In this document: positions 25,015 through 38,880 of the stretch, piece by piece
How the letters are laid out: each line of letters opens with the position of its first letter
Position numbering within the stretch: the stretch's first letter is position 1
NCBI RefSeq assembly: GCF_004010195.1
Contig: NC_057719.1
Location: 20,287,433-20,351,432, forward strand
DNA: 64,000 nucleotides
Source of the DNA: Chiloscyllium plagiosum
Taxonomy: Eukaryota
Direction: 5' to 3'
The notes under the pieces: generated by a model
Databases searched by the model: none
Seen by the model: the letters and a program-made list of their open reading frames with translations, nothing else
Told to the model about the DNA's origin: nothing
Made by a program: the position numbers and the translations under genes

Positions 25015-25510
25015 CATAAAACATAGAACACAAAACAGTACAGCATAGGATCAGGCCCTTCGGCCAACTTATCTGTGCCGATCATGATGCCATTCTAAAC
25101 TAATCCCACCTGCCTGCACATGGTCCATATCTCTCTATTCTCTGCATGTTCATGTGTCTATCTAAACGCCTCTTAAACATAGACTTTGCATCTGCTTCTA
25201 CCACCTCGCCAGCAGTGTGTTCCAAGCACATACCATCCTCTGAATTAAATATTTACTTCGCATATCTTCCTTAAACTTTTCCACTCTCACCTTAAAGCTA
25301 TGTCCCCTAAAGGCTCCAACGATACATCCTATCCATGCACTTTATAATTTTATACACTTCTATCAGCTTACCCCGGGCTTCCGACACTCTCGTAAAAACA
25401 ATCCAAGTTTGTCCAACCTCTCCTTCTAGCTAATCCAATCCAATCCAGACAAAATCCTGGTAAGCCTCTTTTGCCCCTCTCAAAAGCCTCCATATCATTC
25501 CTATGGTGTA
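25015..25510 (-). mobile_element. CR1 3' fragment
   Basis: ACATAGAACA tail, CAGGCCCTTCGGCC, TTAAACTTTTCCACTCTCACCTTAAA. Confidence 0.8.
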
Positions 25511-27340
25511 CTGCACATGACCTTTCGAGTCTTCCTTCTTTTCACTAGCTGCAACTTCAATGTCTTCTGAGGTTGTGTCCTACTTATGAAGCCTTTTATT
25601 CACAGTTGTTTTCTCTGGAGTCCATTTTAACTTCTGATCCTCGCTCTGGAGATCCTTTCCCAAGACATCAGCATCCTGGTATACTGTGTTCTTTAATCCA
25701 AGATTGCCAATGGCACGTTGAAATACTGGTCTGGAATGTCTTCATCTTTGGGTATCTGTAATAGACTGGAACTGTAGCTGCTTGTTCCTTATCTCTAAGC
25801 AGAGCTGTTCATGCCTTATCTACAGCCTTTATTTCCATCTGTCCATATTAGGTTATCAAATACAGTGGCCTAGTCTAGTCTTTAAGACCTCTCTCTTGAC
25901 ATACTCATTCTAGACTGGTATCTGCCATTTTTCAGATGCCAGACTCATGTGATCAGTTACATCATCACAATTTACATGAAGCTCATATCACAATATGAAA
26001 ATACAGAGATGAGGAAGTGGAAGAAATGCACTTGTTGTGGCCTAATCATCCACAAGGCTTTTAAAGATTCAACACAGTGTCCTTGCTTTTATACTTAGAA
26101 CTTGCATTTATGAAGCCAAAGCATTGCTAACTGCTCTCTCAATGCATCCTACTACCTTCAACAAACTATGCGCATGAAGCCTCAGTTCCCTCCGTCTTTG
26201 CATATTCTTTAATAATGTGCCTTCTAGTTTATATTGGCACTCATTATCAGTTCTTCTAAAATGTATCACCTTGCGCATCTCATTATAGCTGTCAGCAGAC
26301 TCTACCTGATGAGGCAATGTTTTTGTTATCCCTTTTAAGATAAGAAATTAATGGATAATATGTTATTAAAGGATCTAAGATATTTCTTACAGCTGGATGT
26401 AATATGCAATTAATACATTCACTCTCAGGCAGGTTTCTGAGCTCATGTTAAGCTACATTGTAACAAAGAACAGCATGATTGCAGCAGCTTCAAAAGCTTC
26501 CAAAGACAAATAATTTTTCCAAACAGATATACAGGGTTATAGATAGGCATGAGCTATACAACAGTTAAAACAAAGTTTGCAAGATGAACATTTCATATCT
26601 TTGCAGAATATTGAACGATTTGATTGTGTCGCATGTTTTCTGCTCCATCACAATCAGCATGGTTTGAACCTCATGAATTATGACTCCATTAACGATTGTA
26701 TTTTTTGGTAGTCTTCCTAATGTGGGACCATTAGAAAAGTCATTCTCAGTCCTGTGCTGCAACATCTCCTGAGAAACTGTCAATAGACTCTTGTTATTGC
26801 GGAATGCAAGACATGGGTTGAAGTCCATGATTCTTGATATTAATCCTTACCTTGGCCTCATCTTCAAGATCTTCCTGGACATTTCCTGCATTTTTTGGAT
26901 CATTAGTGGAATGGTTAGATGTTCTAATTCAGAGCTTTTGAACTCTCTTCCTGGAATCAAATATCACTTGTTGTATAAAACAGAACTGCATCAAATTTTT
27001 GAATAAATGGTCATGAAGTATTCACTGCCATTTAATTTTGTCTTCATTTTAGAAGTAGAGTGCAATGCAGTGTTTGTTGTTTCACTGGTTTAGTTTCTTT
27101 TTCCTTTTAATTTTGCCATTCCTGCTTCTGTTTTCCTTTCTTTCTGTTGTTGTAGCTCCTTTCCTGACCTTAGGCCATTTATGGAGTCATAGAGTCATGC
27201 GGAAACAGACCTTTGATCCAATTAGTCAGCGTTGACCATGTTCACAAACTAAACCATTCCCACTTACCTGTGTTTGGTCCATATCCCGTCAAACCTTTCC
27301 TAATCATGGACTTATCCAAATGTTTTTTAACTATTGTAAC

Positions 27341-28125
27341 AGCAGAGAGCGGCGGGAGCTGGGCGGAAGTGAAGTCGGAGCGCAAAGCCGGTCGGGAAGG
27401 TAAGTAATTGTTATTTGAGTGGAGAAGGAACCCGAGACACTACACGTGTNNNNNNNNNNNNNNNNNNNNNNNNNNNNNNNNNNNNNNNNNNNNNNNNNNN
27501 NNNNNNNNNNNNNNNNNNNNNNNNNNNNNNNNNNNNNNNNNNNNNNNNNNNNNNNNNNNNNNNNNNNNNNNNNNNNNNNNNNNNNNNNNNNNNNNNNNNN
27601 NNNNNNNNNNNNNNNNNNNNNNNNNNNNNNNNNNNNNNNNNNNNNNNNNNNNNNNNNNNNNNNNNNNNNNNNNNNNNNNNNNNNNNNNNNNNNNNNNNNN
27701 NNNNNNNNNNNNNNNNNNNNNNNNNNNNNNNNNNNNNNNNNNNNNNNNNNNNNNNNNNNNGAAGGATGAGGGGTGATTTGATAGAGGTTTATAAGATGAT
27801 CAGGGGAATAGATAGAATAGACAGTCAGAGATTTTTTCCCTGGGTACAACAGAGTGTTACAAGGGGACATAAATTTAAGGTGAAGGGTGGAAGGTATAGG
27901 GGAGATGTCAGGGGTAGGTTCTTTACCCAGAGAGTGGTGGGGGCATGGAATGCGCTGCCTGTGGGAGTGGCAGAGTCAGAATCATTGGTGACCTTTAAGC
28001 GGCAATTGGATAGGTACATGGATAGGTGCTTAAGCTAGGACAAATGTTCGGCACAACATCGTGGGCCGAAGGGCTGTTCTGTGCTGTATTGTTCTATGTT
28101 CTATGTTCTATGTTCTATATGTTCT
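27341..28125 (+). mobile_element. Young CR1 LINE; putative 5' end and 3' end flank an assembly gap
   Basis: CpG-rich 5' segment; RMRGDLIEVYKMIRG...FFTQRVVGAWNALP; (TATGTTC)n tail. Confidence 0.85.
27450..27760. other. Assembly gap (N run)
   Basis: Ns. Confidence 1.
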
Positions 28126-28628
28126 ACGTACTATGTACTTGCATCCACTATTCCTCTGGCAGTTCATTCCAACACAAACCACTCTCTGCATAAAAATGTT
28201 GCCCCTCATGTCTTTTTTCGAACTTTCTCCTCTCACCTTAAAAATATTCCCCCAGTTTTAAATTCTCCCACCATAAGCAAAAGATCTCACTATTCACTTT
28301 GTCTGTGTCACTCATAATTATATAAAGCTTTGTAAGGCCATTCCTCAAATTCCTACACTCCAGTGAAAACAGTCCCAGCCTGTCCAACCTATTTTTATAA
28401 ATCAAACATCCTGGTATTTTTATAAATCAAACTTCTGAACCCTATCCAAATTTAATAATATCCTTCCTCCAACAGGGCAGTCAGAATGTACACAGTACTC
28501 TAGAAGAAGCCTCATCAATGTCCTGTCAAACGACAACATGATGTCTCAACTCTTATATTCAATGGTCTGAGCAATAAAGGCAAAAATGCCTAATGCCTTC
28601 TTAACCATCCTGTCTATCCGTGACATAA

Positions 28629-28963
28629 TAGATGTAGGTTTGGTCACTGAGCTGCAAGGCTCATTTCCAGACATTTCGTTACCCTACTAGGTAACATCTT
28701 CAATGGGCCTCAGGCAAAGCAATGCTGAAAATTCCTGCTTTCTATTTATATGTTTGGGGTTCTTTGGGTTGGTGATGTCATTTCCTGTGGTGATGTTATT
28801 TCCTGTGGTGAAGTCACTTCTTGTTCCCTTGCTTAGGGGGTGGTCGATGGGTCTAACTCAATGTGTTTGTTGATAGAGTTCCGGTTGGAATGCCATGCTT
28901 CTCAGCGAGCAAACGTACATCCAAAACCTCAACCTGAGCTACAAATCTTCTCAAAATTCACTA
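28629..28963. mobile_element. Penelope-like insertion (family B-related), short fold-back
   Basis: Minus-strand TTGAAGA-TGTTACC-TAGTA-GGGTAAC-GAAAT-GTC (28670-28703), EAWHSN...INKHIELDP end of GIY-YIG, duplication ATC(C/T)GTGACATAA (28616-28628, 28964-28976). Confidence 0.85.
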
Positions 28964-29063
28964 ATCTGTGACATAAATTTCAAAGAATTATATATCCGAA
29001 TGCCTATAGGGTTTTAGATTAGAAAGTCCATGTTTGCACTGGTGGATTTATTTCTCAAGGAAG

Positions 29064-29715
29064 CATAGAACATAGAACATAGAACATAGAAGAATACAGC
29101 GCAGTACAGGCCCTTCGGCCCTCGGTGTTGCGCCGATCCAAGCCCACCTAACCTACACTAGCCCACTATCCTCCATATGCCTATCCAATGCCCGCTTAAA
29201 TGCCCATAATGAGGGAGAGTCCACCACTGCTACTGGCAGGGCATTCCATGAACTCACGACTCGCTGAGTAAAGAACCTACCCCTAACATCTGTCCTATAC
29301 CTACCCCACGCCCCAAGTGCCTCAGTCTTTCCTCATACGATTTTCCTTCCATACCAGGCAACATCCTGGTAAACCTCCTCTGCACCCGTTCCAGTGCCTC
29401 CACATCCTTCCTATAGTATGGCGACCAAAACTGCACAGAATACTCCAGATGTGGCCGCACCAGAGTCTTATACAACTGCATCATGACCTCAGGACTCCGG
29501 AACTCAATTCCTCTATCAATAAAAGCCAGTACGCCATATGCCTTCTTCACCGCACTATTTACCTGGGTGGCAACTTTCAAAGATTTGTGTACATGGACAC
29601 CAAGATCCCTCTGCTCATCCACACTACCAAGTATCCGACCGTTAGCCCAGTACCCCATCTTTTTATTACTCTTACCAAAGTGAATCACCTCACACTTAGC
29701 TACATTGAACTCCAT
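29064..29715 (-). mobile_element. CR1 LINE 3' fragment, 5'-truncated with internal deletion
   Basis: ORF 29254..29715 MEFNVAKCEVIHFG...YKTLVRPHLEYSVQFWSPYYRKDVEALERVQRRFTRM; (CATAGAA)n tail. Confidence 0.93.
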
Positions 29716-30039
29716 AAAGTTATACTAAAGCAGTTATACTAAATAAAGAGTGAGTGTAGGCTTTTGTTTTCATACTGATTTGAAGACAGAAACTGACAGA
29801 ACCAACTGACCTATGGACACAGGTCAACTTTATTAGTATAGAAAACTATTTTATTTAGTATTTTTAGAGTTTTCGTTGTTTTAAAATTTCGGATCAGGAG
29901 ACTACCAGTTCATTTTCATTTTTAACAGAGTGAAAGGAGAGGGATACAACATTAACTGCTTCAGCATGGAGCTGTTCCCTTCAGTTTTACATGAAATTGT
30001 AAATTCAACAATTTTATTTTAAAATAAGGCACTGTTTAT

Positions 30040-30352
30040 GGGCACAATGTTGGCTCAGTGGTTAGCACTGCTGCCTCACAGTACCAGAGTTCCAGATTTG
30101 ATTCCAGCCTCGGGTGACTGTCTGTGGAGTTTGCACATTCTCCCTGTGTCTGTGTGGGTTTCCTCTGCGTGCTCGGGTTTCCTCCCACAGTCCAAAGATG
30201 TGCAGGTCAGGTAAATTGGCCACGCTAAATTGCCCATTGTGTTAGGTACATTAGTCAGAGGGAAGTGAAGCTGGGTGAGTTACTCTTCAGAGGGTTGGTG
30301 TGGACTTGTTAGGCTGAAGGGCCTGTTTTCACACTGTGGGGAATCTAATCTA
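30040..30352 (+). mobile_element. HE1-type V-SINE, full length
   Basis: GGCACAATGTTGGCTCAGTGGTTAGCACTGCTGCCTCACAG head, V-domain, (AATCT)n tail. Confidence 0.92.
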
Positions 30353-30589
30353 ACCTTAACAATTTCTTCTAACTTGAATTAACTTAGATTTGTATCAAAA
30401 AGAAATTAGCTTTTTCTTCTGGCTGAGTCAGTGCCTTCTCTATAGGTCTGTAGAGCTGTCTCTATTCATAGATGCTGATGATGCAGATTGTGTGGATATT
30501 TTAATGTGCTTGGTCTTCAGTTAGTTTTCCAAATGTCTGTTGCCAAGTTTAAAAAAAACAGCACCAGGTTTAATTGGGAACACCGACTG

Positions 30590-30710
30590 TCAGAGCGCTG
30601 CTCCTTCATCAGGTGGTTGTGAAGTATAAGATTGTAAGTCACAGAATTTATAGCAAAAATTTACAGTGTGATGTAACTGAAATTATATATTGAAAAAGAT
30701 CTGGATTGTT
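30590..30710 (-). mobile_element. Penelope-like fragment (family C), partial hammerhead
   Basis: Minus CTGATGAAGGAGCAGCGCTCTGA; adjoining sequence matches 52245-52360. Confidence 0.7.
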
Positions 30711-30711
30711 T

Positions 30712-31350
30712 ACAAATCCTTCCTATTCATATACCCATCCAGATGCCTTATAAATGTTACAATTGTACCAGCCTCCACACTTCCTCTGGCAGCCAATTCC
30801 ACACACACACCTCCCTCTGTGAAAAGGTTGTCCCTTAGGTCTCTTTTATATTTTTCCCCTCTCACCCTAAACCTATGCCCTCTAGTTCTGGACTCCCCCA
30901 CACCAGGGAAAAGACTTTGTCTATTTACCCTATCTATACCTCTCATGATGTTATAAACCGCTATAAGGTCACCCCTCAGCCTCCGACTCTCCAAGAAAAA
31001 CAGCCCTAACATATTTAACCTCTCCCTATAGCTCTAATCCTCCAACCCTGGCAATCCTTGTAAATCTTTTCTGAACCCTTTCAAGTATCAGAACATCCTT
31101 CCAATAGGAAGGAGACCAGAATTGCACACAATATTCCAAAAGTGGCCTAATCAATGCCCTGTACAGCCGCAACATGATCTCCCAACTCCTGAACTCAATA
31201 CTCTAACCAATAAAGGAGAGCATACCAAACACTTTCTGTACTATCCTATCTACCTGTATCTCAACTTTCAAGGAGCTATGAACCTGCACTCCAAAGTCTC
31301 TGTGTTCATCAACACTCCCCAGGACCTTGTCATTAAATGTACAAGTCCTG
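30712..31350 (-). mobile_element. HER1/CR1 3' fragment
   Basis: ORF 30710..31012 RRLRGDLIAVYNIMRGIDRV...RTRGHRFRVRG. Confidence 0.9.
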
Positions 31351-31519
31351 CTTTCCTTAAGAATGGCCAGAACTGCTAATCATGTTGTGAATTTTGCCTC
31401 CAGTAAGATATCTTTGTCTGATGTGGCTGTTGTTATATAGTTGAGACATATAGTTGAACAAGATCAGCCTTTCAACCTTTGCATTTGCAATGCAGTATAA
31501 TTACACCTCAAAGACCCCC

Positions 31520-31752
31520 AAACAGTCACTCTAATGATTCTGAACCAGACTCTTGAATTACCAATCTCAGACTTGCGAATAATTAATTTCTAGACGCTCG
31601 CTTTACATCCTAAACAGCTCGCTTTACATCCTAAACAAAACAATTAAACAGTCATTCTTTACATTCTGAGCCAGACTTTTGAATAGCCAATCCTAGACTT
31701 GCGAATAATTAATTTCTAGATGCTAACTTTCTATGTTAAACAAAACATTTAA
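31520..31752. repeat. Two-copy ~105-125 bp tandem duplication with an internal 21-bp duplication
   Basis: AGACTTGCGAATAATTAATTTCTAGA occurs twice; GCTCGCTTTACATCCTAAACA x2 at 31596-31637. Confidence 0.85.
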
Positions 31753-32314
31753 ATATTTATTAAATACACAATAGGTTTAGCACAGAGAAAATTAAATAAC
31801 ATGGTAAGCTGATTAATGTCTGTGCTTTAAATATGAAGCATTTACTTTCAACCAGCCATTTACACAAAAGACAGACAGACAAGCAATCACATTTAAGGGA
31901 TAAATAAAAGAAAATAACAAAACTGGCCAACCACTTAAATAACTTTCAGGATAAGCTATTTCACAGGCAGAAATGTGGACTCCTTCGCTGCTTTCCTGAA
32001 ATATCAATCAGGGTCACCTTCTCAGTTGACTGAGGCAAAAACAAAAATACTTCTCATTCAGTTTTCTACACTTTGACCAGGGTATCACATTAAGCAGAGA
32101 GCTTTCAAATCTTTATGCTGTCTCAGCAGCAGCCCAGATCTATTACTCAGAAAACATAGTTTAAAAAACTTCAATTCTGTTTCTACCCTGATACACTGAT
32201 TAACTCTTCCCAAGTCCAGAAATACCATTCAGCAACTGCCAACTGCTTGAACAAAGGGTCTTCTCCAGACTTGCCAGAGCTAATTCCCAGGTACATAGAA
32301 TCATAGCGTCCCTA

Positions 32315-32640
32315 CAGTGTATAAAGAGACCATTTGGCACATTGTATCTGCACCAACCCACTGAAGAACATCCCAACCAGATGAAGACCCCAACTGTATC
32401 CTTGTAATCCAGCATTTACCACGGCTAATCCAAATTAACCTGCACATTCCATTCACCATGGACAATGTAACACAGCAAATCCACCTAACTTGCACATCTT
32501 CAATCTGTGAGAGGAAACCAGAGCACTCGGCGGAAACCCACATAGATACAGGGAGAAGGTACAAGCTCCACACAACCAGTTGCCAAAAGCTAGAGATGAC
32601 CCTGTCTCCCTGGTACTGTGAAGCAGCATTGCTAGCCTCA
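32315..32640 (-). mobile_element. Older HE1-type V-SINE
   Basis: GAGGAAACCAGAGCACTCGGCGGAAACCCACATAGATACAGGGAGAAGGTACAAGCTCCACAC. Confidence 0.8.
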
Positions 32641-34639
32641 TTAATAGCCATATTCTGTGTCAGCCTCATTAATAGCCACATTCTGCTATCTGCTTAAACA
32701 CAATGCTCTTCCTGGGATTGTAATGTTTGCTCAAACCTTTTAAATCAAAGTTGAACCAGCCTGTAGGCCTGGCCTCACAAACAAACAATGCCTATTTAGT
32801 CTGTTGCTTTTCTTTTATGAGAAGCTATCTCAAAGTCCCCCAGTCATTTCCAGCTCAATGCAAAATTGATCAAAGAATAAAAGTGAAAATAATGAAAAAT
32901 CATTGAGGATTCGAACACACTGTTTATATTATCTCTTATTACATAAGAAATTAGGCATCAGTTATATGGTATTTAAGGATCCAACAGATATTTATTGCAA
33001 TGAGCTGTTATATACAATTATTACATTCACAGACATTTATGTGTCTGTGTTAAGCTAATTGTTTACAAAGAACAGCATAATTCAAGTGATCGGTTAAGAC
33101 TGATTATGCAATCTTCATGACATCACATTATATAGTATGATGCAGTGTAAATATCATGAACACGTCTTCTACGATATACTAACAATAAGACCTAACACAA
33201 CAAAATTCTAGCTCATCTGCCCATTCTACTTGCCTGTCTATATCCTGTTGTAATAAGATGTGATCATGTTTACTATTTACCACAAGGCCATGCTTGGTGG
33301 CATCAAAATAATTTAACATTTTATTCTGTACTCCAATACCCAAGATATTAACATACATAAAAAATCAATGTTTCTATCAGTGACCCTTAGAGAACGCTAC
33401 TAGCTACCATACTTCAGTATTAACGACAATCATTTATCACAGCTCCCAGTTTCCTGTCCTTAAACCAATTTTTAATGACTTCCTTTTCATCTATTTTTAC
33501 TGTATCCGCTATTGCTGCTGCCATGATGTTACTGCGACATTGTCAATAGTTTGTCTGAAAATGCAAATAACTTATTTTGTGCTGTAACCATGCTCTTTGC
33601 CTTCACAAGAAGATGTCCTTTTCGGTCTAAATTGCAATCACCCCACACTTAACTACCCTTTGATTATTTTTGTGTTAGCAATATATTTATTATTTAATGT
33701 TAGTCACTAATCTCTTTTTACTTTTTGTCTCTGCTTGGTATTATGTTCATTTCTTCACTTTTTTAAAATTTCACCATGCCTCCTTTCTTGTCTTCTTCAA
33801 CCATCTATAACTTCAGTTATCCAGGGAGCTCTAGTTTTGGATTACCTTATTTTCCTTTCTTGGAAGTGTGTCTAATATATACCTGAACCATATCCTAACT
33901 GAAGGCTTCCTATTGTGTAATTGAAATGTTGCTGAACAATTTTTGAATCTAGTCCACCAGGACCAGATCCTATTTCAATTCACTGAAATGAGCTCTCCTC
34001 CAGCTAAATATTTTTATGCTTGACTGCACCTTGTCCTTTACCATTACCCATACCAAACTCAGTGATATTATCAGCGATATTATATATTTTTTGCTGGTTA
34101 ACATCACTCTGAAAAGAACTAGGCCATTAACTTTGATGACTAGGATCACAAAGCCGTGCCGGAGTAAGAGGATAAAATGCCACTGAGGAATCAGTTAGGA
34201 ATTCAGAAGTACAGTGAAGGATTAGACTTCTTATTAATTGCAAAATTCTACCAAGGAATGCTCCTGTTTTCCCATCTGGAAAAAATATCAAAATCACCTA
34301 CACTTGCATTTTCATACTGAGTTCATTCAGTGCTTTAGATTTAGATTTTAGATGTTATTGTTATGTGTACTCAAGTACTTGTATTGCATACCATCTTCTT
34401 CTGGGCTCCTGCTATACTGTAAGCAGTGTTTTTAAAATAAGAACAGTACAAATCTGAAACAAATCAAAGATTTTACTTTCTCTATCGTGTAGTCTGTGAA
34501 TATTGGAAACTCATATTTATTCTTTCTTGAGAATTTAAGCAGAATCGCAAACAAAAAGATTGGCTACATGTAAAAAAGCAATACTTTTACAATATATGAT
34601 TAACTAAGTCTATGTTTCATGTTCAATGTTATTTTTGCT

Positions 34640-35100
34640 ATTCACTCATGGGATATGGAGATCATGGACAGTGCTAGCATTTATGGTCCATTTCCAGTTG
34701 CCCTTGAGAAGGTTGTGATGAGCTGCCTCTGGAACTGCTATAGTTGATGTGTGGAGGAGACCCACAATGCCATTAGTGCACGAGTTCTAGGATTTTGACC
34801 CAGAAACATTGAAGGGTCACAATATATTTCCAATCCTAGATGGTGGGTAGTTTGGAGAGGAATTTGCGCATAGTGGTGCTCCCATGTATCTGCTACCCTT
34901 GTCCTTCTAGATGGATTTGGAAGATGCTGTGTAAGCATTTTTTCAGTGTGTCTTGTAGGTTGTGCACACTGTTGCGACAGAGAGTGGAAGGAATTGAAGT
35001 TAGTGGATCTGCTGCCAATCAAACAAGTTGCTTTATCCTGGATGCTGTCATGTTTCAAGAGGTTGCTGGTGATGGGGATTGTTACACCCCACCGGGGTAG
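34640..35100 (-). mobile_element. 3' end of LINE sharing the SacSINE1-type tail
   Basis: ATTCACTCATGGGATATGG tail; DSIQDKATCLIG; same family at ~20270-20640 and ~35610-36460 (+). Confidence 0.65.
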
Positions 35101-35413
35101 GTAGTTCATTGGAAATCAAGTCTGCTTTTCCTGAAGTCATCTTAAAAGTCATAATACCATCAGACATAAATTTAAGATATGAAAACTGTTAGCAAGTTGG
35201 AGACTGGCCGTGTTTTGAATGGTCAACGACGCACAAACTCACCAAGAAAACAATTAATTTTTCTTTATATAGCATCATTAGGGACATTTAAAAATGTTTT
35301 ACCACAACAGGATCATATTAAACAGCACAGAGATAGGTAATTTTATCCAAATAGTCCCTAACAGCATGTATGGTCAATTTGAGTCCTCTCCTATCCTTCT
35401 TCATCTAATACTA

Positions 35414-35535
35414 ACCACCTGACAAAGGACCAGTACTCCAAAAGCTTGTATCTTCAAATAAACCGGTCAGACCATAACCAGGTGTCGTGTGATTTTCCAT
35501 GTTGTCCGCCCCAGTCCAACACTGGCACCTCCACA
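35414..35535 (+). mobile_element. Short Penelope-like unit (family C), decayed hammerhead plus tail
   Basis: CACCTGACAAAGGACCAGTACTCCAAAAGCTTG...CCCCAGTCCAACACTGGCACCTCCACATCA; flanked by TCATCTAAT duplication. Confidence 0.7.
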
Positions 35536-35744
35536 TCATCTAATTCAATCAGCTCAAAGCCTTTGTCTGAGTTAGTATTATCTCTCTTCTCCTTAAATAA
35601 ACCTATATTGCAGTAAGTAACTCACCTCCTGACTCCCCAAAGCCTGATTACCAGTAACAAAGCACAGTGAGGAATGCTCTCTACTTGCCTAAATGAATGG
35701 TTTCCAACAACACTCATGAAGCTTAACACCATCCAAGACAAAAT

Positions 35745-36098
35745 TATGAGGGACAAGGATAGGAGAAATAGACAAAGTCTTTTCCCTGGGGTGGGTGAGT
35801 CCAGAACTAGAGGGCATAGGTTTAAGGTGAGAGAGGAAAATCTAAAAGAGACCTAAGGGGCAACTTTTTCACGCAGAGGGTGGTACGTGTATGGAATGAG
35901 CTGTCAAATGTGGAGGCTAGTAGAATTACAACATTTGAAAGGCATTTGGATGGGTATATGAACAGGAAGGGTTTGGAGGGCTATGTGCTGGGTGCTGGAA
36001 GGTGGGACTAGATTGGGTTGGGATATTTGGTCGGCATGGACAGGTTGGATCGAAGGATCTGTTTCTGTGCTGTACATCTCTATGACTCTATGACTCTA
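35745..36098 (+). mobile_element. HER1/CR1 3' fragment
   Basis: QSLFPGVGESRTRGHRFKVR; (CTATGACT)n tail. Confidence 0.9.
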
Positions 36099-36195
36099 TG
36101 ATGAATCAACCTACTTCATTGGCCTCTTATCCACAAATATCCATTTCTCCCACCACTGACACTCAGCAGCAGCAATGGGTATCATCAGTAAGATG

Positions 36196-36334
36196 TAGGG
36201 TGATTCCTATTGAAGGAATTTTGCCCAAAACGTCAATTTTCCTGCTCTTTGGATGTTGCCTAACCTGCTGTGCTTTTCCAGCACCACTCTAATCTAGACT
36301 CTGATCGCCAACATCTGCAGTCCTCACTTCTGCC
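36196..36334 (+). mobile_element. Short Penelope-like unit (family A), decayed hammerhead plus tail
   Basis: Perfect 14-bp duplication TCATCAGTAAGATG (36182-36195, 36335-36348). Confidence 0.8.
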
Positions 36335-38769
36335 TCATCAGTAAGATGCATGACAAATTCATCAAAGATCCTGAGGCAGCATCTTCCATGCCCATGACCC
36401 TCAGGAAGGAGAAGGGCAGCACACACAAGTAACACCACCCATGGGTTGAATGGTTTGTTAAAGAAAGTTTTGTATCACCATGATACTTCAAAGATTTATC
36501 CGTATGGAACACTTTTGGACAGTTCAATGTATTAAATGTGTGCCCAAGAATATATTTTTGTAGTGACTAAGAAGGAGAACAAATGCAACTGATTATATCC
36601 AGTTGGTTTTCTAGTACAGGTTCAGCTATGTGTCACATAGATTGATGGAAGTTTAGAATGCCATCAATCAGTACAATTCTATTTTTCCATATAAATTCCT
36701 ATAATTCCTAAAACAGGCTTCTACAATCTATCAAAAAATTCAATAGCAAACCTAAATAAACAATAGTTATAACATCAGCAGATGGAAATTATACCAATCT
36801 AACAGAGTAAATGACCATGGCACAGGACAGAACATGATGGTATATCAGACAGTTGCCATTCAACTCCCACTGAGTAGGATATGAAAAAGCAATGTAGCTT
36901 TTAAATGTTTACTATATATATAAAGCTTGTTAAAGTGTGCATATCTATTTAATTTTAGAGAAAAGTGAATACAGCACCGATCCCTCAACTTTAAGTTTAC
37001 AAAGCATATCTGAACATTTTCTATTATCCCTGTGCACAGTATTAGCTGAAAGCAATGTCCCATGCAGAGATCTAGCAATGCCCATCATAAAACAGGAACA
37101 TAGCATATTGCTTTTGTGTACTGAAACACTTTCAAGATTATGCATTTGGCATACAACAACATTCTATCAGCAAAAAACCTAAAGCAGTTCCTACTGTGTT
37201 TACTGCATCCTGCAGTCAAATTAATGGCAACACCACATGAATAGCTGCTGTCCTTATTCAATGTTACTGACCTGGCAATGTAGAAAGGAGTACAGTTCTG
37301 CTTATAGAGACACTACCACTTGTACCATCTGAAAAGGAAATTAAGAATGAACAAAAACACTTTGGCCTAACAGATTCTCAAATATGCTGAAACAAAAACA
37401 AAACAATGCCACAAAAAAACACTCAACAAATCATGCAGCATTGATAAATCATTAAACATAATTAATGCCTCATGTTGAGAACATTTCTTTAGAAATTACA
37501 CTCTACTGATATCAATTGTAAAGTTAATTTATACATTTTGTACTGCCACCTTAGGCGGTTTATGGACCTGGATCTATCTTAACAGAAGCATGCACCATCT
37601 CTAACTGAGACTATCTTTGTTTAAAATGAATACATCCTTTAAATAAAAAGCAGAACTAAATCCATTCTGGTGTCTCCAGGCATCTCAGTTGACCAATGAT
37701 CATTGATCATTTGTAACAGCTCTGTGGGTTAACAGCACTCCAAAGACTTCAATGGTCGAAGAAGGCACCTCACCAACACTTTCTCCAGGGCAGTTAGAGA
37801 TGGACAATAAATGCTGGGCCCAGACAGTGACAATCACATCCTGTGAACAAACAAAAGAAGTTGATTGAATAATTACTCATCTTCCCATTTGACTAAGATT
37901 CATCAACTCACTTTAGTAGCCACATATGCTTAAGTTCTTATATAGAATCGTGGAATTTTACAGTACAGAAGGAGGCCATTTGATCCATCATGTCAGTGCC
38001 AGCTCCCAAAAGAGCTACAGTTAGTCCCATTCTCCAGCTCTATCTGGGTAGTCCTATAAAATCATTACTTTCAAATATATATTCAGTTCTCTTCAGAAAC
38101 CTCCACTGGAATCCACCTTTACCAATCTCCCAGGCAGTGCATTCCAAATCCTCTGAGTAAAGAAATTTCTCCTCCTCTCACTCCAATCTCTCTTGCTGGC
38201 AATCTTGAAATTATGACACCTACATACTGACACAGCAACTATTGAATGAGAATATCCTTCTTTCCCTCTCTAAAGTGGTCATAATTTTTAGCACCTCAAT
38301 AAGGTCACTTCTTAATCTTCTCCTCTCTTAGGAGAATGAGCTTAATTTCTCTAATCGTTCCTTGTATCTAAAATTGCTCATTTCTGGTATCATTCTAATA
38401 AATTCTTTGCACTCTCTCCAGAGTTTTAATATCCTTCCTTAAATAAGATGTCTAGAACTGAACACAATACTTCTAAATTGGTCTGACCAATGATTTGTTG
38501 AGCTGTAGCATCACTTCCTCACTTTTATATTCTGTGTCTTTATTTATAAACCCAAGGATCCTACAAGCCTTCTTAACAACTCTTTCAACTTGTCTGGCCA
38601 CAGTTAGAGAATTATGCACTTTAACCCAAAAGTCCCACTGCTTCTGTATTCCCCTCAAAGTTGTACCACTGAGCTTGTATTGTCTTTCCATGTTTCTTCA
38701 ACTGAAATGTATTACCTCACATTTCTCTGCATTGAAATTCATCTGCAAGGTGTCTGCCTATTTGGTCCC

Positions 38770-38880
38770 AGTGCCAAGATTAGAGTGGTGCTGGAAAAGC
38801 ACAGTAGGTCAGGCAGCGTTCGAGGAGCAGGAAAATCGACGTTTCAGGCAAAAGCCCTTCATCAGGAATGACGGCATTAA
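38770..38880 (-). mobile_element. Short Penelope-like unit (family A) with near-intact hammerhead at 38838-38865
   Basis: Minus CTGATGA-A-GGGC-TTTT-GCCT-GAAAC-GTC; flanked by GCC(T/C)ATTTGG duplication. Confidence 0.8.

Larger units (their letters stand above)
27181..29005 (-). mobile_element. HER1/CR1 3' fragment split by a younger CR1 and a PLE
   Basis: Colinear pieces 27181-27340, ~28130-28628, ~28977-29005. Confidence 0.75.

Noticed and set aside
26600..26680. CDGAENM peptide resembling the hAT YDGAANM motif
   Set aside because: No flanking transposase motifs or TIRs seen
27331..28038. ORFs spanning N runs (also 17958-18485)
   Set aside because: Artefacts of assembly gaps
30040..30115. 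tRNA genes at SINE heads (also ~3330-3402, ~19829, ~44628, ~47440)
   Set aside because: tRNA-derived A/B boxes fused to SINE bodies, with no complete cloverleaf
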